64,000 bases of DNA from Roseburia sp. CAG:303 (GTDB taxonomy: Bacteria; Actinomycetota; Coriobacteriia; Coriobacteriales; Coriobacteriaceae): NCBI GenBank assembly GCA_963653375.1, contig CAVJWJ010000001.1, positions 27,046-91,045 of the forward strand. The letters are read 5' to 3'. The number at the start of each line of letters is the position of its first letter. Within the stretch, counting starts at the first letter, position 1. Both the position numbers and the translations under genes were made by a program. Below, in pieces: positions 58,583 through 64,000 of the stretch. A model generated the notes under the pieces. That model was not told the DNA's origin, ran no database searches, and was given only the letters and a program-made list of their open reading frames with translations.

Positions 58583-58713
58583 CACAGGAACGCCCATGAG
58601 CTCACGCCCGCAGCAACACTCATGAGCTCGTGCCCGCAGAGACCACGTGCCTGCATTCCTACAAGGGCGTCCATCTCCACAAGGGCGCCCGTATCCACAG
58701 GAGCGCCCATGCG
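58583..58713. repeat. Degenerate short direct repeats in the cca / pepC divergent intergenic region
   Basis: The motif CACA(A/G)G(G/A)NCG(C/T)CC(A/G)T occurs at 58583, 58660, 58678 and 58696, and the last three copies are tandem with an 18-nt period. CATGAGCTC(A/G)(C/T)GCCCGCAG occurs at 58595 and 58621. Confidence 0.6.
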
Positions 58714-58835
58714 CCCCACCTGTGATGCTTATGCAAGGTCTTACATGAGCACTGCCCGCCGCACGCGATGAGGAGTATATTAGCCACGGTTAACCTTCTT
58801 GGCCTTTTGCCAAGCGTTCTAGATTGGAGCACTAG

Positions 58836-60179
58836 ATGTCCATGCCCGTCATAGATCCGCAGGTCACACAGGCTGCACACGAGGAATTTGCCGCCGACAC
58901 TGCCAACCGCATTGCCCGCAATGCCGCCAGCACCAATGGCGTACGTGCAGCAGCGCACGACCCACAAGCCGCAGCTCTTGCCAGCACTACCTTTGACGTA
59001 CAGCTCACCCAGGGCGAGATTACCAACCAAAAGCGTTCTGGCCGTTGCTGGATGTTCGCAAGCCTGAATACCATGCGCTTCCGCATTATGAAAAAGCTTG
59101 GCCTTAAAACCTTTGAACTCTCGCAGGCCTATCCCCTCTTCTGGGATAAGTACGAGCGCTCCAACTGGTTCTTCGAAAACATCATCGAGAGCGCAAATGA
59201 GCCGCTTGAGGGTCGCGAAGTAGCTTTCCTGCTGGCAGACCCCCTGTGCGATGGTGGCCAGTGGGATATGTTCCGCTCGCTGGTAAAAAAGTATGGTGTG
59301 TGCCCTAAGGAGGCCATGCCAGAGTCTGCCAACTCTTCCAACACAAGCGATCTAGACAAGTACCTCACGCGCTACCTGCGCCACGGCGCCCGCGAACTGC
59401 GCAATGCCATTGAGAAGGGCGCTGATCGTGCCGCCCTTGACGAGCTCAAAGCTGAGCTTCTTCGCGGCGTGTATCGCGTACTTGCTATCTGCCTGGGCGA
59501 GCCTCCCGCGAGCTTTAATGTACGCATTCGCGACGATAAAGGCGAGCTCAAGGCTTCTGGCACCTACACCCCGCAGCAGTTCTTTAGCGAGTTTGTAGAC
59601 ATGGACGTAGACAACTACATCTCTGTTATCAACGCTCCCACGCCCGACAAGCCGTTCTTCCGTTCTTACACCGTAAAGTACCTGGGCAATATTGCCGAGG
59701 ACGGCGGTGTGCACTACGTCAACCTGCCTATCGAGTCGCTCAAGCGCATGGCAGTAGCCCAACTCAAAGATGGTCTGCCCGTCTGGTTTGGCTCCGATGT
59801 AGACCAAGGCTTTGACCGTGAGAATGGCTTGCTTGACCCCGCTACCGTAGATGTTGACACGCTCTTCCGTCTGCCCATCGAAAGTGGCCTTTCTAAGGGA
59901 GACCGCCTCATGTATGGCGAGTCACTCATGACACACGCCATGACACTGCAGGGTGTAAGCCTTGACGCCGCAGATGAACCGACCTCCTGGCGCATCGAAA
60001 ACAGCTGGGGTGAGGACCACGGTAAGAAGGGCTACGACGTGGGGTCTGCCGCCTGGTTTGACGAGTATGTCTACCAGGTTGTCGTGGACAAAAAGTACCT
60101 CACTCCCGAGGAACTTGCAGCATACGAAACCGAACCCATCGAGCTTGCGCCATGGGATCCCATGGGCTCGCTTGCCTAA
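58836..60179 (+). CDS. pepC: Aminopeptidase C (C1B bleomycin-hydrolase-like cysteine peptidase)
   Basis: 447 aa. The catalytic Cys lies in the context 'QKRSGRCWMFASLN', and 'IENSWGEDHGKKGY' lies near the C-terminus. Confidence 0.92.
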   Translation: MSMPVIDPQVTQAAHEEFAADTANRIARNAASTNGVRAAAHDPQAAALASTTFDVQLTQGEITNQKRSGRCWMFASLNTMRFRIMKKLGLKTFELSQAYPLFWDKYERSNWFFENIIESANEPLEGREVAFLLADPLCDGGQWDMFRSLVKKYGVCPKEAMPESANSSNTSDLDKYLTRYLRHGARELRNAIEKGADRAALDELKAELLRGVYRVLAICLGEPPASFNVRIRDDKGELKASGTYTPQQFFSEFVDMDVDNYISVINAPTPDKPFFRSYTVKYLGNIAEDGGVHYVNLPIESLKRMAVAQLKDGLPVWFGSDVDQGFDRENGLLDPATVDVDTLFRLPIESGLSKGDRLMYGESLMTHAMTLQGVSLDAADEPTSWRIENSWGEDHGKKGYDVGSAAWFDEYVYQVVVDKKYLTPEELAAYETEPIELAPWDPMGSLA

Positions 60180-60234
60180 AGATGGCATCTAAGTAAAGCT
60201 CTCAGCTCAAAGCAGGGGCATACCACCCCTAAAA

Positions 60235-60270
60235 CCAAAAGCCCGCTGGACCACGTCCAACGGGCTTTTT
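60235..60270. terminator. Bidirectional intrinsic terminator between pepC and the pfkB gene
   Basis: The stem GCCCGCTGGAC-CAC-GTCCAACGGGC is flanked by AAAACCAAAA upstream and TTTTT downstream. Confidence 0.75.
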
Positions 60271-60316
60271 ACTGCCATAAAGTAATTGCGAACTATCGCA
60301 AAATCAGACAGCTGCC

Positions 60317-61246
60317 TTATGCAACCAGGCGCACCTCAACGTGCTTGCGATACTCATCCACGTGAGCAAAGTCACCCTGGCCAGCACACTCAACAACGTT
60401 AGAACCGGTAGCCATAGCAAGGCGCAGCGCGTCTTCCACATGCTCGCGATCGTCATGCCACATCGAGAGGAAGGCTGCCAGCGTCGAATCGCCTGCACAT
60501 ACGGTAGAGAGAACCTTAACCGCAACCTGCGTACGCGCATACCAGATGTGCTCGCCATTGGAGAAGTAAGCGCCCTTGCCGCCCAGCGTAAGCAGAACGT
60601 TCTTAGCGCCCTTAGCATGAAGCTCAGCCATGGCAGTCTTTACGGTCTCCTCGTCATCCAGATTAACCTCAAGACCAAAAATGTCCAACAGCTCGTCATC
60701 ATTCGGCTTAATAAGCAGCGGCTCAGAAGCAATCAGAGTAGCAAGCTGATGGCTGGAAATATCCAGTACAAACTCTGCACCCTTAGCCTTTACGCGTGCA
60801 ATAACCTGCGCCAAGAAATCCTCAGAGGTGTGCGGAGGAAGCGAACCCGAGATAACCAAGCACTCCATGTCGTCCAGAGAATCAATCAGGTCGTACATCT
60901 CCTGCTCGTTCTCGGGCGTGACGGCAGCACCAGCGTTCACCATGTTGTACTCGCGGTCCTGTGCATTCAAAAAGACATTCACACGCGTAATACCGTCGGT
61001 CCACACCGGCTTTACTGCAACGCCTTTAGCCTCGGCGCCCTCAACAATAAAGCGACCGGAGAAGCCCGCAAAGAAGCCCAGGATAGCAGTGTCTTTGCCA
61101 AAGTGATCCAGCGCAAAGGAGACGTTCAGACCCTTACCGTTGGGGCTGTACACCGCATCGCGCGTGCGAGTCACCGTATTAGGCTCCAAGCCGTCGCAGG
61201 TAATGTTGTAATCGATGGCAGGATTCGCCGTCAGGGTGTAAATCAT
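60317..61246 (-). CDS. PfkB-family 1-phosphofructokinase / tagatose-6-phosphate kinase type hexose-phosphate kinase
   Basis: 309 aa. Starts 'MIYTLTANPAIDY' and carries 'SPNGKGLNVS', 'LLTLGGKGAYF' and 'CAGDSTLAAF'. Confidence 0.88.
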   Translation of the reverse strand: MIYTLTANPAIDYNITCDGLEPNTVTRTRDAVYSPNGKGLNVSFALDHFGKDTAILGFFAGFSGRFIVEGAEAKGVAVKPVWTDGITRVNVFLNAQDREYNMVNAGAAVTPENEQEMYDLIDSLDDMECLVISGSLPPHTSEDFLAQVIARVKAKGAEFVLDISSHQLATLIASEPLLIKPNDDELLDIFGLEVNLDDEETVKTAMAELHAKGAKNVLLTLGGKGAYFSNGEHIWYARTQVAVKVLSTVCAGDSTLAAFLSMWHDDREHVEDALRLAMATGSNVVECAGQGDFAHVDEYRKHVEVRLVA

Positions 61247-61264
61247 AATGTCTCCTATGCGTTC

Positions 61265-62194
61265 CTATTTATCAAGCTTGCGCACGGTAATACGCTTGCT
61301 GTACTCATCAACATGCGAGAAGTCGCCCAGGCCAACGCTCTCGGCAACATTTGCACCAGTAGCCAAAGCGAGCTTGAGTGCGTCCTCCACGTTGTCGCGG
61401 TTCTGATACCACTTAGTCAAGAACGCTGCGAGCGTGCAGTCGCCAGCACACACAGACGAGACGAGCTTGATGTTGAACTGGCGCTGAGCAAACCAGATGT
61501 CCTCACCGTTGGAGAAGTAAGCCGAGCCGCGGCTACCCATGGTAAGCAGAACATTTTGCACGCCCACCTCGTGAGCCATGGCCAAAGCACGACGAGCATC
61601 GTCGTCGTTATTGATCTTTACGCCAAAAATCTCGCGCATCTCGTGGTGATTCGGCTTGATGAGCAGGGGCTTTTTAGCCGCAAGAGTCTTGAGCTTAGAG
61701 CTCGAAAGGTCAAGTACTACGTCGGCGCCACGCGCATGCGCATGATCAACAACCTTGTCCAAAAAGTCTGGCGTGGCCTTAGGCGGTACCGAACCAGAGA
61801 CAATCAGGCAGTCCAGGTTGCCAGCAGTATCAAGAATCTGATAGAGCTCCTTCTGCTTTTCTTTGGTCAGAGGAGCACCGGGATTCAAAACACCGTACTC
61901 ATGCTCGCCGTCGTTAAGGTAAGAGTTAATGCGCGTAATGCCGTCGGTCCACACCGGACGGCACAGGCACCCCATGTTCATGGTTTCTTCCACAATAAAG
62001 TGGCCGGTAAAGCCCGCAAAAAAGCCAAGGGCAACCGAATCGATACCAAACTTTTTCAGTGCAAACGATACGTCAAGGCCCTTGCCGTTAGGCGTATAGC
62101 TAGCCGAACCCGAGCGGATATTCTCATCGGGAATAAGTGTCGGGCACGAAACCGTCATATCGACGGCAGGGTTTGCAGTAAGCGTGTAGAACAT
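61265..62194 (-). CDS. PfkB-family 1-phosphofructokinase-type kinase, tandem paralog
   Basis: 309 aa. Starts 'MFYTLTANPAVDM' and carries 'TPNGKGLDVS', 'LLTMGSRGSAYF' and 'CAGDCTLAAF'. It is collinear with the downstream paralog. Confidence 0.88.
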   Translation of the reverse strand: MFYTLTANPAVDMTVSCPTLIPDENIRSGSASYTPNGKGLDVSFALKKFGIDSVALGFFAGFTGHFIVEETMNMGCLCRPVWTDGITRINSYLNDGEHEYGVLNPGAPLTKEKQKELYQILDTAGNLDCLIVSGSVPPKATPDFLDKVVDHAHARGADVVLDLSSSKLKTLAAKKPLLIKPNHHEMREIFGVKINNDDDARRALAMAHEVGVQNVLLTMGSRGSAYFSNGEDIWFAQRQFNIKLVSSVCAGDCTLAAFLTKWYQNRDNVEDALKLALATGANVAESVGLGDFSHVDEYSKRITVRKLDK

Positions 62195-62275
62195 GGTTTC
62201 CCCTTACAAGAGTGCAGGGCCACGCAGCACAAATGCACCGCGCGACCCTGCGAATGTCAAACCCAAGGCGCGCGA

Positions 62276-63979
62276 TTAGCGAGCGTTAGCCTCGAGCAGT
62301 TCCTTGACCTCGGCAGCCGTGCTGAGCGAGAGGGCCTTCTCGGCCAGAGCATCGGCCTCGGCCTTGGTCCACTGAGAGATGGTCTTGCGAGCACGCAGGA
62401 TGCTCGGAGCAGACATGGAGAACTCCTCCAGACCAAAGGAGATCAGCAGCGGCTCAAGCAGCGGATCGGCTGCAGCCTCGCCGCACATACCAACCATGAT
62501 GCCAGCAGCTACGCCGCTCTCAATAACGTTCTTAATGGAACGCAGAACAGCTGGGTAGTACACCTGATACAGGTTGGAGATGGAGTCGTTACCACGGTCG
62601 GCGCACATGGTGTAGCCGATGAGGTCGTTGGTACCGATGGAGAAGAAGTCAGCCTCCTGAGCCAGCTTGTCGGCAATGAGGGAAGCAGCAGGCGTCTCAA
62701 CCATGATGCCAACCTCGATGTTCTCGTTGAACTTCAGGCCCTCAGCAGTGAGCTCAGCCTTGCACTCCTCAACGAGAGCCTTAACGGCGCGAACTTCCTC
62801 AACGCAGGTAACCAGCGGGATCATAATCTTAACGTCACCAAAGGCGCTGGCGCGCAGCAGGGCGCGGAGCTGAACCTTGTACTGGTCAGGGTTAGCCAGG
62901 CAGTAACGCACAGCACGGAAGCCCATAAACGGGTTCTCTTCCTCATGCATGTGGAGATACGGGATTGCCTTGTCGCCGCCCACGTCGAGCGTACGGATGA
63001 TGACGGGGTTACCCTTAAGAGCCGTAGCAACCTTGCGGTAAGCCTCGAACTGCTCCTCCTCAGTGGGAAGCTCAGCGGAGTCCATGAACAGGAACTCAGA
63101 GCGGAACAGACCAATGGCCTCAGCGTCGTGCTCAAGAGCACCAGTTACATCGTCGGGGCTACCAATGTTGCAAGCAAGAATCTTCTTGATGCCATCGGCG
63201 GTGACGGTCTCCTTACCGCGATAAGCCTCAAGAGCCTTCTTCTCGGCAGCAAAAGCCTCAGCGCGTGCAGTGTAGTCAGCAAGCGTAGCCTCATCCGGCT
63301 CGGCAATAACAACGCCCTTGGAGCCATCAACAACAACGGTCATGCCGTTCTTAAGGTTCTTGCAGGCACCCTCAACAGAAAGAACTGCCGGAATCTCAAG
63401 TGCACGAGCAATGATGGCGGAGTGAGACGTGCGGCCACCAGTCTCGGTCACGATAGCAGCGACGTTCTTCTTGTCGATGGTAGCGGTCATGGACGGGGTA
63501 AGGTCGTGCACGCAAATAACGGTGCCAGCAGGCAGCACGGAGAGGTCAACGACCTCGCGGCCCAGAAGCTCAGCCAGAAGGCCGGTGCGGATGTCAGCGA
63601 TGTCGGCTGCACGCAGACGGAACATCTCGTCGTCCATGGAGAGGAACATGTTCTCAAACATGGTGGTGGTGTCAACCAGAGCCTGCTCGGCGCAGGTGCC
63701 ACCATCGATGGCCTGGTTGATAGCATCAGTCATGCCCGGATCCTGAGCCAGAGCAATGTGGCCAATCATAATCTCGGCCTCGTGCTCACCCACAGAAGTC
63801 TTCATGGCCTCGGCCTGAGCCTCAGTCTTGGCACAGAAGACGTCGAGTGCCTTAGCATAGCGATCCTTCTCGGCTGCAGCGTCCTCAACTGCATGAGCCT
63901 CGAAGCTCAGATCGGGCTCTACAGCAACGGCAACAGAACCGATACCGATACCCTCGGAAGCATTTACTCCCTTGTACAT
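62276..63979 (-). CDS. ptsI: Phosphoenolpyruvate--protein phosphotransferase (PTS enzyme I)
   Basis: 567 aa. The phospho-histidine region reads 'TETGGRTSHSAIIARALEIPAV'. 'FFSIGTNDL' and 'GMCGEAAADP' lie in the C-terminal PEP-binding domain. Confidence 0.96.
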   Translation of the reverse strand: MYKGVNASEGIGIGSVAVAVEPDLSFEAHAVEDAAAEKDRYAKALDVFCAKTEAQAEAMKTSVGEHEAEIMIGHIALAQDPGMTDAINQAIDGGTCAEQALVDTTTMFENMFLSMDDEMFRLRAADIADIRTGLLAELLGREVVDLSVLPAGTVICVHDLTPSMTATIDKKNVAAIVTETGGRTSHSAIIARALEIPAVLSVEGACKNLKNGMTVVVDGSKGVVIAEPDEATLADYTARAEAFAAEKKALEAYRGKETVTADGIKKILACNIGSPDDVTGALEHDAEAIGLFRSEFLFMDSAELPTEEEQFEAYRKVATALKGNPVIIRTLDVGGDKAIPYLHMHEEENPFMGFRAVRYCLANPDQYKVQLRALLRASAFGDVKIMIPLVTCVEEVRAVKALVEECKAELTAEGLKFNENIEVGIMVETPAASLIADKLAQEADFFSIGTNDLIGYTMCADRGNDSISNLYQVYYPAVLRSIKNVIESGVAAGIMVGMCGEAAADPLLEPLLISFGLEEFSMSAPSILRARKTISQWTKAEADALAEKALSLSTAAEVKELLEANAR

Positions 63980-64000
63980 TCCGTGTCCTCTCTCTTTGGT

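Noticed and set aside
58660-58713. Whether the tandem 18-nt repeats could be a small CRISPR array.
   Set aside because: The units abut each other without spacers and are degenerate. They are also far shorter than CRISPR repeats, and no cas genes are present in the window.

Overview
The window reads as core chromosome of a moderately GC-rich Gram-positive anaerobe. I recognise about 45 protein genes, 3 tRNA genes and several intrinsic terminators, and I see no transposase, integrase, phage gene, CRISPR array, toxin-antitoxin pair or known defence gene. The gene order (rpmB / asp23 / DAK2 / recG; metK-priA-def-fmt-rsmB; a glgC-glgD pair) and the Lys/Thr/Ala-rich protein tails suggest Coriobacteriia or a related lineage, but that is inference only.

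Main blocks, in order:
- recG-yloV-asp23
- a heterodimeric ABC exporter, then rpmB
- adhE behind a ~500-nt AT-rich leader
- a kinase / thiamine pyrophosphokinase / HAD trio
- a six-gene glycogen cluster: glgB-glgP-glgC-glgD-glgA plus a GH13::GH77 fusion
- metK-priA-def-fmt-rsmB
- an AEC transporter
- a YhgE/Pip membrane protein paired with a catalytically degenerate ABC ATPase-like protein
- gltX, a fused L-serine dehydratase and an L,D-transpeptidase
- a TetR regulator divergent from an orphan radical-SAM enzyme
- a MacAB-like efflux system and an MprF-type TM-only protein
- a tRNA-Glu / tRNA-Gln / tRNA-Glu locus
- cca coupled to an Opp/Nik-type ABC importer
- pepC, then ptsI followed by two tandem pfkB kinases

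Nothing here can be called a new system from sequence alone. The leads most worth a second look are:
1. The long basic low-complexity tails on both GlgB and GlgA.
2. The dead-NBD plus YhgE/Pip pair.
3. The TetR-controlled radical-SAM enzyme with a partial SPASM (twitch-like) motif.
4. The His-rich N-terminus on an importer ATPase.
5. The GH13::GH77 fusion in a cluster that has no glgX.

All calls rest on motifs read from the supplied translations. No database search was run.
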